The notes below the pieces were generated by a model. The model had not been told where the DNA came from. It was given only the letters and a program-made list of their open reading frames with translations, and searched no databases. A stretch of 64,000 nt of DNA. Origin: Candidatus Poseidoniaceae archaeon (GTDB lineage Archaea > Thermoplasmatota > Poseidoniia > Poseidoniales > Poseidoniaceae). Shown here piece by piece: positions 9,981-19,447 of this stretch; position 1 is the stretch's first letter, and every line of letters starts with the position of its first letter. The stretch spans positions 17,802 to 81,801 of the forward strand of contig CASIAP010000001.1 of assembly GCA_949372645.1 (NCBI GenBank), given 5' to 3'. A program made the translations under genes and the position numbers.

Positions 9981-10751
9981 TCACAAAATTGAGAACCGTT
10001 GTTCCTCTTCTTTCCAATTGAACGGCTTGTAACCAAGTCGATGGTTGGTATGTCGCATCTTGACAACGCCCATCTTTCGAGCGACATCATCACCCGATCG
10101 CTCCATGACCAAATGAATCACGCCATCTGCAAGATAGTCTTCAACACCGTATTCACCGAATTGTTTGTTATCTTCACCAGTCATCTCACAGATGAAGAAC
10201 GAGGTCAGTCCAAGACGTCGAACGGCTTCAAAGAGTCTGAAGATCTCATCTCGAGGGTTTTCCATCTTCGTGAGTGTGAAGAAAGCACCGAGTGAATCGA
10301 AAACAAGTAATTCAAAACCGATTGAATCCCGGTATGAAGTAAGTTGTTTGATGAGTTGACCCATCCAGTCGACCCGGCTACTCATGCCTTGTTCATCAAG
10401 TTGAACACGCAAATCGGAAAGATCGATAATCGCAATTCGGTTACTCACTCGCTTATCATCAATGTTCATTCCCATGTTCGACATGTGCGATCGAAGTGAA
10501 TCCTTTCCTTGTTCAAGTGTGACATATATCCCACTCGTTTCGCCATAAAGCACTGCATTGTATAGCATTGAAAAAGTAAGACTGGACTTCATTGCACCCG
10601 ATGCCCCAGCTACAATACAAATGTGTCCTTCTGGAATCCCACCTTGCATATTTTCGTCTAATCCTTCAATATGCGTTGGTATTCTTGTTACTCCACTCAT
10701 GCCGGCACCATGTTGGGGTATACGCTTTGATTCTTCAACCTCACCCTTCAT
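9981..10751 (-). CDS. KaiC-like / RecA-superfamily ATPase (COG0467 family) with degenerate Walker A
   Basis: IPTHIEGLDENMQGGIPEGHICIVAGASGAMKSS matches the KaiC/RadA-like N-terminus. Walker B LLVFDSLGAF. C-terminal VVKMRHTNH matches the family KMRGsxH motif. Walker A reads GASGAMKS instead of GxxGxGK[ST]. Confidence 0.6.
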   Translation of the reverse strand: MKGEVEESKRIPQHGAGMSGVTRIPTHIEGLDENMQGGIPEGHICIVAGASGAMKSSLTFSMLYNAVLYGETSGIYVTLEQGKDSLRSHMSNMGMNIDDKRVSNRIAIIDLSDLRVQLDEQGMSSRVDWMGQLIKQLTSYRDSIGFELLVFDSLGAFFTLTKMENPRDEIFRLFEAVRRLGLTSFFICEMTGEDNKQFGEYGVEDYLADGVIHLVMERSGDDVARKMGVVKMRHTNHRLGYKPFNWKEEEQRFSIL

Positions 10752-10826
10752 TTCTTTGCAAGTTAAAACTCATGAAAGCAAAAAGGACAAGTCATTCGTT
10801 CTGTTGGAGTCGCATGAGGGTGACGA

Positions 10827-11396
10827 GTGAACGTTTGGCTAGCATCACAATCTCCTCGTAGAGCAGCAATGCTTTCTCCACTTTTCACAGATCTCAAATG
10901 TGAAGGTTTTACTGATGTTGATGAAACTCCAACGCCTGGTAGCGTTGCCGCTCAAGTGTTGTCTATTTGTCAAAAAAAGTCTGAAGCAGTGCCTGATGGG
11001 CATGGCTTTGACCTTGTCATCGTTTGCGATACCTTACTTGCCGATCCAGATGATATGGATTCAACACTTGGAAAACCGAATGATGCAGTTGAAGCAGCCA
11101 TGATGTTACATCGACTCTCGGGGAGGCGACATCAAGTTTGGTCTGCTACCGGAATTCTTCTGCACGGTTCGTGGAAATTTTACGTTGAACATGCGATTGT
11201 CGAATTTCAGGCACTTACCGATGAACAATTGGTTGAGTTGGTCTTGAGTGAATCTTGGAAAGGAAAAGCAGGTGGTTATGATTTGGCAGGGCCCATGGGT
11301 GACTATGCTCGTCTCATTGACGGTCACGAATCAACGGTACTTGGAATCGCAGGAGAGGCAATGGAACTTTTCCGCACGTTCTCACTCGGGCATTAA
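10827..11396 (+). CDS. maf: Maf-like nucleoside triphosphate pyrophosphatase
   Basis: N-terminal LASQSPRRAAML Maf signature. 189 aa. Confidence 0.75.
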   Translation: MNVWLASQSPRRAAMLSPLFTDLKCEGFTDVDETPTPGSVAAQVLSICQKKSEAVPDGHGFDLVIVCDTLLADPDDMDSTLGKPNDAVEAAMMLHRLSGRRHQVWSATGILLHGSWKFYVEHAIVEFQALTDEQLVELVLSESWKGKAGGYDLAGPMGDYARLIDGHESTVLGIAGEAMELFRTFSLGH

Positions 11397-12002
11397 AGGG
11401 AGCAATCCCAATTCATGCCGTCCAACATCAACGATAACATCGATGCCTGGTAGTAATAGAAGTTTATCTTCTGCATCCAATGCAAATATCCCAACACCTG
11501 CTTCATTGCTCATCCGTTGAAGGTCTCTGCGGCAGACATTCTGATGAGTATCCATGTGTACCATTGGGCGTAAATCGACAATAATCGAGTCGCCATGAAG
11601 TACGCGCTTTGACATTTCCCGAGTAGGGATTCGATTCATTTCATCCGGCGAAACATACCTTAGGGCTCTTCTCGGGAGGGGGTTCTTCACTCTGACATGG
11701 GCGCCAAGGTCGTGAAACGCTTCACCTTCAGCAGTGAGTGGTCCTGACCAATTGTGTGGTAATGGTTTTATCGCGTGACGTGTCAATCTTTTTGTTTCAA
11801 GTTGAATTGTTTGCTCAGTAGGTGATTTTACATTGGCCTCTACAACATTCGGTTTGAACGTTTGTTGAGGTGAGAGCTTTGTTCCTGAAGCATTAGATAC
11901 AGCTGATTCAACTTTTCTTGTGCGTCTTTTCTCACCAGTGTGACCGTCAGGGTCAGGTAATCCAAAAAATTGCCACAAACTTCCCATTTTTCCACCGTTC
12001 AC
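11382..12002 (-). CDS. SepF-like (DUF552) putative cell-division protein
   Basis: The C-terminal ~80 aa (GDSIIVDLRP...RRDLQRMSNEAGVGIFALDAEDKLLLLPGIDVIV) follow the SepF pattern h-h-h-L...R..DF/L..G..yAL...l.L.P..V. The GTG start overlaps the stop of the upstream giant gene; an ATG (MGSLWQ) lies 15 nt further down. Confidence 0.4.
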   Translation of the reverse strand: MNGGKMGSLWQFFGLPDPDGHTGEKRRTRKVESAVSNASGTKLSPQQTFKPNVVEANVKSPTEQTIQLETKRLTRHAIKPLPHNWSGPLTAEGEAFHDLGAHVRVKNPLPRRALRYVSPDEMNRIPTREMSKRVLHGDSIIVDLRPMVHMDTHQNVCRRDLQRMSNEAGVGIFALDAEDKLLLLPGIDVIVDVGRHELGLLPLMPE

Positions 12003-15000
12003 AAATCGAGGTCATCAAGGAAACCTGACATATCTGTACTTGCAGAGGCGCTTGGAGTATTGTTAGTTGTCGGCTGTGCTGGGCTCTGTTGACCCATTTG
12101 TGCAGCAAGATACTGTTCACCGTAATGTTGCCATTGTTCCATGGTCCATCCATCCGGTAGTCCCGAAGACGGGAGGGCTGGACCGGTATGAACAGCTACG
12201 GGTTGAACTGATTGCTGGACTGTAGGTTCTGCAAATGCGCTCATTGCCGCCAAAGTATCAGCTGGTGAAGTGGCAGGTGCAGGTGCAGGTTGAGCATAGG
12301 GGTCGGCAGCAGGTGCAGGTTGAGCATAGGGGTCGGCAGCAGGTGCAGGTTGTGCATACATATCGTGTTGCGGTTGAGCAGCGGGTTGTGCATACATATC
12401 GTGTTGCGGTTGAGCAGCAGGTTCATTCATTGCATATGAAGGCTGAGCAGCCATTGTCGGTTCAATCGATGGAATGTCTCCAAATGCAGAATATTTCTCA
12501 TCCTCATCTTTGCCCCTCCCTCGGGTAAGTAAGAGGAACCCTGCGAGAATTACGACGATACCGGCAAGACTGACAATGATAGCGGTTGGAACGGACCCAA
12601 TTGTCGCACTAATGCTTTCAAAAATCCCCTCAGCAGGTTTTTCTGCAACGGTAAGGGTGATACTCGTAGTCGAAAACTCTCCGTCATCATCCGTGGCAGT
12701 GAGTGTAACTTCCCATTGTCCCGGTTTAAGGTCAGTGAGCGTATATTTTGCTCCAGTGTAATCAATCTCTCCAGTGAAATCTCCATCGAGGTTACTGTCA
12801 ATCAGATCACTGTCCCAATCGTATTGCAAAGTGAGTTTGTCACCTATGGTTTCTCGCGAATCTAATCCTGAAAGCGTGATGTTATCACCTTCCATGAGTT
12901 CAAACACATTGCTTGAATTGGTGATGGCTGCAGCTGGTGCGAGGTTTTGAACACTGATATTGACTGAAGTCATCGCTTGTGCTCCGTCATCATCGGTGAC
13001 CGTGGCTGTAATTTGACGTATTCCTCGTGTAGACCAGGCAGTGGTCAATTCCATGCCTTGTGCTTCACAATCATTGACAAAGTTTCCATCATTGTTGCCG
13101 TCGACCAATACATCGGTATCCCAGCACACTTCCAAACTGTCAAGGTCTGATGCAGTATCTGAGACTTGAACGCTCAAAGTGAGTTCATCGTCTTCAAATA
13201 TTGGAATAGTGGACCCAAGTCCAGTTATTGTTGGTGCAACATTCATGATATTGACCAGGGCTGTTCGAACTTCTGAGCGCGCCCCATCGTTGTCATAGGC
13301 CGATACTTGAATGGTTTGAAGACCAGCATTCGGCCATGAAACTGTTGCTGTTGAAGAGGGACCTTTGGTCGTTTCTGTCCAATTCGGTTCTAAATCTGAA
13401 GGCTTCCATTCAATGTTGATATCATCGCGGTCTGACAGTGTATCGCCTCCCACAATCCGTAGTAGAGCAACTTGATCTTCATCCAATTCCCATACACCCA
13501 TTGAATCTACAGTCAAATTGGTTCCACCATACCAGAGTTCAGGATATGCCAAGGTTGGTGCAATATTCAAGACATTCAAACTTGTAGTGATGGTTGTTGT
13601 ATCTCCATCATCATCGGTTGCTAGGGCAGTAATGTCGAGAGGACCTTCTCCCATCGGTGTAAAGGTGCATGTAGGTTGAGTCAATCCTTCTTGACAATTA
13701 AGGCCAGGCCAAGTGATGCTGACCTGCTGACCAGGAGGCGAAATACTGTCGATGTCGCCACTGTCCGTAGCATCGAGAGTAATTTCCGATTCAACATCAA
13801 TACTCTCGACCATACTGAGATTCAGATAAGGTGCTCGATTGAGGACTGTGACGTTCATTTCGAGAATATCTTCATCGAGTTCTTCATCATATACGATGAC
13901 CTTGACCATCCACTCACCATCATCGCTCCAATTCCATTGCGTTATACAATTTGGTGCATCAAGAACTTCAATGAGTCCAGGTTTGGACTCAAGTTCAAAT
14001 CGGCAATCAACATCTCCACCATCTTCATCGAAACTCCCTGATGCGTTAAGAATCACATTCTCAAAGGTATATTTTCCTTCATCAAAAGTAAAGACTCCAG
14101 TTGGTGCACGACCGATGAAAATATCGATACTTGCTTCATTGTTGGTTCGATTCGCATCTTCAGTGACCAATTCATCAGGGTCGACGGTGAACGAAAGAGT
14201 CTGGTCGCCGATAGCTGCATTAGCAGGAACTGTCCAGTTGACCGTAATACGTTGTTCACTGTACGATGGAATAGAAGGAACCGATTCACGAATACTTACC
14301 CCATCTGGAGTTATCACTTCGATTTCTGTCGCTGGAGAAGCTAAGACTCCTCGGTTTTGTGCAGGGATGGAGAAGGAAAGCATATCGCCAGGTAATGCCC
14401 CGTATCCAATCGCTTGGTTCAAAATGACCTCATCAGTACCTCGATATCGTGTTACAATAATTGAATCGCTTTGAGCAACCAAATCAATTGCAACCACATT
14501 GAGGTCGATGACAACCGTTGCAGCGCCGATGATCTCTGTTAGAGGGTCCCAGACAATGATCCCATTACTCGAGTAATCATCGCTCGAAGGGGTATTGTCC
14601 ATTCCATTGGTGACATTGAGTGTATACTCAAGCATCCCTGAACCATCAGTCGTTGGACTGGCAAGAAGATTTGTTGACTCATATCGTACTTGCATGTTCT
14701 TATTGCCTTGAGGTTGGGCACCTGGTGAGGTTTCATAGATGACTGAAACAGTTTGCTCGGAATTCGGGAGCGTAGCCAAGAATTGCAGGTCTACGTCGAC
14801 GACAACATTTCGAGCGCCAGGATTTGAAGTGGCTTGAACGCCCCATGAATCAGCAGGTGAATATGATTTTAGTAACCAATCGATGGTGAATCCGGCAGCG
14901 TTCGAGATGCGTATCCATGAATTGAAACGGACAGCAGGGCAATACCAGTTGAATCCCGCTGAAACACCCGTCTCGTTCCACTCATTGATTTTGTATGAAT

Positions 15001-15745
15001 CATCGCAACCAGTGTAAGATACGGAATTACTGCTGTCACCTGGGACTCCATTGGCGGTGATCTGCCAACTGTTGTTTTCAGGCCCTTGTGTGTCGAATTC
15101 TGAAGGGTCAAAATAATCTGAACTCCCACTCACACCAGTCGATGAATAAAACGGCATATACCATTGGTCACCTGTGTGAATTGGGAAATCATTTCTTTCT
15201 TTGGGAGGTTCATACATGGTGTCAAAAGTGATTTCAGCAATGTCCTGTTCCAAGAACCCAAGATTGAACGGGCGGAATTTGACATCGAGTTTGAATTCTG
15301 AGTTTACTTGCGCTAAGTCACGAACACGAATCAAATCTTCGCCTTCATAGCCGATGTTAAGGCGGCCGGAAACCCCTTCTAAGGTTGCCCCACTGTTCCC
15401 TGAGGTGAAATCACCATCGATTTCAACTTTGTAAACGAGTGTCTGGGTACCATCGGTGGTGGTGAATAAAATATCGGTCACCTTGTAGGTTGTATCACCA
15501 GTTAGCGTGTTGAGTGATGCGGACACATTGGCTTGAGCAATCAATTGGGCGACATCGAATTTCGTCTCATAGACCCACTCATCTCCGATTCTCCATGTGG
15601 GGACATCTTTTTCGGTATCCCAACCTTCTGCTGATTGAACATTATGTTCTGAAAGAGTAAGTGTGTGATGAGAAATCATACCCGTTAACGGAGCAGCCAA
15701 CATTAACAAAATCAATCCTAAGACGACAGGTCGAAAGCGAATCAT
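11999..15745 (-). CDS. Giant surface protein A (1248 aa): signal peptide, PKD-like/beta-sandwich repeats, single C-terminal TM anchor, ~250 aa cytoplasmic tail with Pro/Gln-rich tandem repeats and a C-terminal LPDGWTMEQWQHYGEQY motif
   Basis: Signal peptide VVLGLILLMLAAPLTG. Multiple ATDDDG.../TVxV PKD-like modules. TM helix IIVSLAGIVVILAGFLLL followed by TRGRGKDEDE. Paralog of the gene immediately upstream. Confidence 0.7.
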   Translation of the reverse strand: MIRFRPVVLGLILLMLAAPLTGMISHHTLTLSEHNVQSAEGWDTEKDVPTWRIGDEWVYETKFDVAQLIAQANVSASLNTLTGDTTYKVTDILFTTTDGTQTLVYKVEIDGDFTSGNSGATLEGVSGRLNIGYEGEDLIRVRDLAQVNSEFKLDVKFRPFNLGFLEQDIAEITFDTMYEPPKERNDFPIHTGDQWYMPFYSSTGVSGSSDYFDPSEFDTQGPENNSWQITANGVPGDSSNSVSYTGCDDSYKINEWNETGVSAGFNWYCPAVRFNSWIRISNAAGFTIDWLLKSYSPADSWGVQATSNPGARNVVVDVDLQFLATLPNSEQTVSVIYETSPGAQPQGNKNMQVRYESTNLLASPTTDGSGMLEYTLNVTNGMDNTPSSDDYSSNGIIVWDPLTEIIGAATVVIDLNVVAIDLVAQSDSIIVTRYRGTDEVILNQAIGYGALPGDMLSFSIPAQNRGVLASPATEIEVITPDGVSIRESVPSIPSYSEQRITVNWTVPANAAIGDQTLSFTVDPDELVTEDANRTNNEASIDIFIGRAPTGVFTFDEGKYTFENVILNASGSFDEDGGDVDCRFELESKPGLIEVLDAPNCITQWNWSDDGEWMVKVIVYDEELDEDILEMNVTVLNRAPYLNLSMVESIDVESEITLDATDSGDIDSISPPGQQVSITWPGLNCQEGLTQPTCTFTPMGEGPLDITALATDDDGDTTTITTSLNVLNIAPTLAYPELWYGGTNLTVDSMGVWELDEDQVALLRIVGGDTLSDRDDINIEWKPSDLEPNWTETTKGPSSTATVSWPNAGLQTIQVSAYDNDGARSEVRTALVNIMNVAPTITGLGSTIPIFEDDELTLSVQVSDTASDLDSLEVCWDTDVLVDGNNDGNFVNDCEAQGMELTTAWSTRGIRQITATVTDDDGAQAMTSVNISVQNLAPAAAITNSSNVFELMEGDNITLSGLDSRETIGDKLTLQYDWDSDLIDSNLDGDFTGEIDYTGAKYTLTDLKPGQWEVTLTATDDDGEFSTTSITLTVAEKPAEGIFESISATIGSVPTAIIVSLAGIVVILAGFLLLTRGRGKDEDEKYSAFGDIPSIEPTMAAQPSYAMNEPAAQPQHDMYAQPAAQPQHDMYAQPAPAADPYAQPAPAADPYAQPAPAPATSPADTLAAMSAFAEPTVQQSVQPVAVHTGPALPSSGLPDGWTMEQWQHYGEQYLAAQMGQQSPAQPTTNNTPSASASTDMSGFLDDLDL
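12279..12416. repeat. Imperfect tandem DNA repeats (2 x 30 nt + 2 x 36 nt) inside the tail-coding region of surface protein A
   Basis: gcaggtgcaggttgagcataggggtcggca occurs twice in tandem, then two 36-42 nt variants. It encodes QPQHDMYAQPAA / ADPYAQPAPA repeats. Confidence 0.8.
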
Positions 15746-15800
15746 ATAACTCCGAAAGCGTTCTCCTACTTGAATACTCGATTTACCCGTTCAAAAGCAA

Positions 15801-17681
15801 TCAAGGGTGTGAAGATTGAGCCTCGGTATATTGATGGCCATAATGTGACCATTGCTCCTGAGTCCAACCCTCGGGCAATCCTCCTTCTGGCAGAGGTAAG
15901 CCTTCAGATTCAATCACCGGTTCTACAGATGTTGCGATTGGTTCAGTATCCTCTTCAGGTTCTGAGAGTGTGGTTTCTTGAGGCACGTCAAAGGTGGTCG
16001 TGAACATTTGGTTGGAAGGAGGTGCCTTAGGGCGGCGTGATTGTGCTTCATCGACCAATGATTGTTTTTCAAATACCTGTTCTGACAGGTCTTCTCCTTC
16101 AAGTCCACCTTGTTGCCAAGCCTCATCATCCGGATTCGCTTTTTTCCGACGTGTAATTAATGCGAGAAGAATCAAGGTGAGCAACAAGAGTCCGATTTGT
16201 GCTAAAGGATTAGCTTCATCTCCAATCAACGCTGCACCGAATTCTTCGATTGTAGTTCGCTCAGGTGGAGCAACCTCGACGACCATCGTCGACTGGCCAG
16301 GTCGCTCAGGATTTTCATCCCATGCCATTGCTTTAACACGAACAGTTCCAGCCTTGAGGAACCGATGGATGACGGTTGAACCAACCAAATCAGCATCGTT
16401 GTCTTTAATTCCATCACCGTTGCTATCAACTGTGATATCTAAGTCCCACACAATGGTTAGCCCCTCCAAGTCATTCAGAGAGTCAATGGTTTGCTCTGCA
16501 CTCAGTACGCAGTCTCTGTATGCAATACAGTCGATGTTTTTCAAACGAACAATCGGTGGCATATTGAGTACTTCAATTACGAGTACTTCACTTGATTGTG
16601 CTCCATCATCATCGGTGACATGATAGATGATGGTGTGAGTACCACTTCGATTCCACGCATATTCGAGAATATCTCCTTTGATGTCACAATCATCATCGGC
16701 TCCACCAAGGTCATCACTGTCGATCCCTGGGTCGATATCCCAACATTTGACTAAGGATTCAATATCACTTTGGGTGTCAGTAGAATTCCCTTCAATGGTA
16801 ATACTTTGACCTTCAGCTATCGGTAAAAGAGAGACCAGCGGTTCGATAACAGGAGGGACATTTCGAATGTTAATCCATCGTTCTTCAACAAGACTTGCTT
16901 CACCATCTGAGTCGCTAACTTCCAAACGAATGGTATGAAGACCAGCGGTATCCCATTGCATTGGGAAGGTTGAGGTGCGTCCTGAAAAGGAATACATGAG
17001 GGAAGGCTGCTGGCCATCAGGCCACCAGGTATGCGTTAAGCCTTCGAGGTCATCAATCGAATCAAGAGCTTGACCCTTGACCACAATGCTTTCATCCTCA
17101 TCTAATTGCCAGATCTGTTGTTCATCACTTTGGATAAATTGATTGTTCTTCTGTAATGCGATGGACGCACTGTGTGGGGCGATATTGGTGAAACGAATGT
17201 CGAATGTAGCGGCAGTCGTTTCATAATCATCATCGGTGGCAACCGCAGTGAAGGTATGCCAACCTTCAGTCGGTGCAGTTGTTGTGCAAACTCGAGTATA
17301 GTAGCCTTCCTTGCACAAGGCATCTGGCCAATGAACATCGACAACACCAGGCCAAACCTCTTCAGAATCTGAATCATTAGCAAATGCATAGAGTGTGATT
17401 GGATGCTCAACCTTCGCTTCATTACGAGCGCTCATGATACCGATTTGTGGATGTCTGTTTCCAATTGATACCAACATGGTCGCCTTCTGTTCATCACGTT
17501 CTTCATCAATCACCGTTACTTCTACGGGGTAATTGCCATCATCCATCCATGTCCAATTGACTAAACAGGATGGAGAAGTAATCTTTTGCCACGCCCAGTT
17601 ACGTGAACCATCATCATACGGGATGTTAAAGAGGCAAGACACCTCACCACCATCGGCGTCAAAACTCTCCATCTGCAACAA
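15801..17681 (-). CDS. Surface protein B, C-terminal segment: PKD-like repeats, TM anchor, cytoplasmic tail ending LPEGWTQEQWSHYGHQY
   Basis: The ORF opens with TTG. SFDADGGEVSC aligns with SFDEDGGDVDC of protein A directly after the frame break. TM helix LLLLTLILLALI followed by TRRKKANPDDE. Confidence 0.55.
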   Translation of the reverse strand: MLQMESFDADGGEVSCLFNIPYDDGSRNWAWQKITSPSCLVNWTWMDDGNYPVEVTVIDEERDEQKATMLVSIGNRHPQIGIMSARNEAKVEHPITLYAFANDSDSEEVWPGVVDVHWPDALCKEGYYTRVCTTTAPTEGWHTFTAVATDDDYETTAATFDIRFTNIAPHSASIALQKNNQFIQSDEQQIWQLDEDESIVVKGQALDSIDDLEGLTHTWWPDGQQPSLMYSFSGRTSTFPMQWDTAGLHTIRLEVSDSDGEASLVEERWINIRNVPPVIEPLVSLLPIAEGQSITIEGNSTDTQSDIESLVKCWDIDPGIDSDDLGGADDDCDIKGDILEYAWNRSGTHTIIYHVTDDDGAQSSEVLVIEVLNMPPIVRLKNIDCIAYRDCVLSAEQTIDSLNDLEGLTIVWDLDITVDSNGDGIKDNDADLVGSTVIHRFLKAGTVRVKAMAWDENPERPGQSTMVVEVAPPERTTIEEFGAALIGDEANPLAQIGLLLLTLILLALITRRKKANPDDEAWQQGGLEGEDLSEQVFEKQSLVDEAQSRRPKAPPSNQMFTTTFDVPQETTLSEPEEDTEPIATSVEPVIESEGLPLPEGGLPEGWTQEQWSHYGHQYTEAQSSHP

Positions 17682-19392
17682 GTTGAATTCTCTCGAGGGT
17701 CAGCGCTGAAGCATTATTGATTTGAGGCGTTGGAAGACGGCCAACGAACATCGAGAGTTCTGCATAATCGTTCGTTGAGTTGGCATCAGCCGAGTTGACT
17801 CCATCTGGATCTGCTTGCCATGATACGGGGACGATTCCAATTGCTTGGTCGCTTGGAACCGTCCAAGTGAAATTCACTTTGTGAGCTTCATAAGTGGCTA
17901 GAGATGGAAGAGGGTGTGTTGAGATTTGGCCATCGGGATGCGTAATCGTCATCGTTGTAGGAGTGCTTGAAGTAATTCCACGGTTTTGAACAGCCACTTC
18001 AATCAGCAATACATCACTCGGTAATATATTCCAACCCGATAAAGAATTGAGTTCGCTTACTACGCCACTTCGGTTACGCAATACCTTGGCAAATGAATCA
18101 CTTGAAATCAAATCGAGTCCGACTAAATATTCATCCAGTGTCAATGTAGTTGAACCAACAGCATTGCCAAATGATGACGAACTTGAAGGCTGAACTCTTG
18201 CCACAATCCCATGACTTGCCCAATCGAGTGCGGAACTGGAAGAGTCCCTTGCATCACCCATGTCGAGAACAGCATAGGCACTTCCGTTACTTGCAGTGGT
18301 CACCGATACAACTTGGTTCATCGCTTCATGACGGAGTTCCAAAGGAATACCAGTCGTGGTTGAGAAACAATTCGAAGATGCATTTACCCATACCGGCATT
18401 GGCGTATTGAGTGCAGTAAGGTCTGCATCTAAATCAACCACAAGACATTCATCACGAGTCCCAGGATTGCTGTATTGGTCGACACCAATCGAATCCATAG
18501 GAATGTATCTCTTGAGACGGAAGTCGATGACGAGTCCAATATCATCTTCTGTGTGGAGCCAAGCAAAGTTTCTCGCTTCTGGGCAATACCATTGATATCC
18601 GTTTTGGTCACCATCACTGTTGATGGATGTTAGTTCATACGAGGCATTACAACCTCCATATGCAATAGTTTCTCCATAACTGTTGCGAGGTTTACCAATG
18701 CTTGTCACCTCCCAAGTCGTACTGTTGGTGTCTGTGGTTGGAGGTGGGAATGGTGTGATGTAATCACTCGAACCTGACCAAGCAGAAGAAGCGGTTGTTG
18801 TTGTTGTCCATTGTTCATTGGCTCGAAGAGGAAAGTCGTAGACTTCTTTCACAGGACTGTAGGTATTTGTTATCGTGATGTCGCCAAGTACTTGTGCCAG
18901 ACTTGAGAGTCCAAATGGAACGAATCGAATGTATAATTCCAAGTCGCTGCGCATTGACGACAAATCGCTCACTCGAAGGTATTCTGTTTGTTCAAAGGTA
19001 ATGTAGACGTTGCCACTGTAACCGTCGAGCGAAACACCTGATTTGTCAAAGTTAGCAGATGTACGTAATGTATATGCAAGAACAGACATGTTGTCGACAG
19101 TACGTTCAGTTATGGCAATAACTTCGGCAGTCGTATCACCATCGATTTCACCAACCGTTGCTTGAACACCTGAATCAGTGACTAATTTCGTTGGGTCAAA
19201 TGTTCCAGAATAGATCCATTTGTCACCGATTTTCCACGTGGGCACGTCACTGACTCCTGGGTCCTGTGATGAAAATCGAACAGCAGGGGCATCTTCCAAG
19301 GGTGGAGAAAAAAGCATCGGTTGCATCGAAGCAAAACACAACAGCAAAACCAGCATCAAAGGAGATACAAGTCGTAACGAGGCTTTGCCCAT
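17659..19392 (-). CDS. Surface protein B, N-terminal segment (paralog of protein A); frame interrupted at 17659-17700
   Basis: Signal peptide LMLVLLLCFASMQP. DVPTWKIGDKWIY... is collinear with DVPTWRIGDEWVY... of protein A. It ends in a TGA, and the homology continues in another frame. Confidence 0.55.
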   Translation of the reverse strand: MGKASLRLVSPLMLVLLLCFASMQPMLFSPPLEDAPAVRFSSQDPGVSDVPTWKIGDKWIYSGTFDPTKLVTDSGVQATVGEIDGDTTAEVIAITERTVDNMSVLAYTLRTSANFDKSGVSLDGYSGNVYITFEQTEYLRVSDLSSMRSDLELYIRFVPFGLSSLAQVLGDITITNTYSPVKEVYDFPLRANEQWTTTTTASSAWSGSSDYITPFPPPTTDTNSTTWEVTSIGKPRNSYGETIAYGGCNASYELTSINSDGDQNGYQWYCPEARNFAWLHTEDDIGLVIDFRLKRYIPMDSIGVDQYSNPGTRDECLVVDLDADLTALNTPMPVWVNASSNCFSTTTGIPLELRHEAMNQVVSVTTASNGSAYAVLDMGDARDSSSSALDWASHGIVARVQPSSSSSFGNAVGSTTLTLDEYLVGLDLISSDSFAKVLRNRSGVVSELNSLSGWNILPSDVLLIEVAVQNRGITSSTPTTMTITHPDGQISTHPLPSLATYEAHKVNFTWTVPSDQAIGIVPVSWQADPDGVNSADANSTNDYAELSMFVGRLPTPQINNASALTLERIQLVADGEF

Positions 19393-19447
19393 GGTTGGCC
19401 ACGTTCGGTATAGAACATCAAGACTTCTCTTGAAATCTGTTGTAGAT

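Noticed and set aside
12235-12528. ORFs of 97 and 61 aa (12235-12528, 12241-12426) with striking internal repeats (QVQVEHRGRQQ...)
   Set aside because: They are alternative-frame or antisense translations of the 30/36-nt DNA repeats inside the surface protein A gene. They are shadow ORFs.
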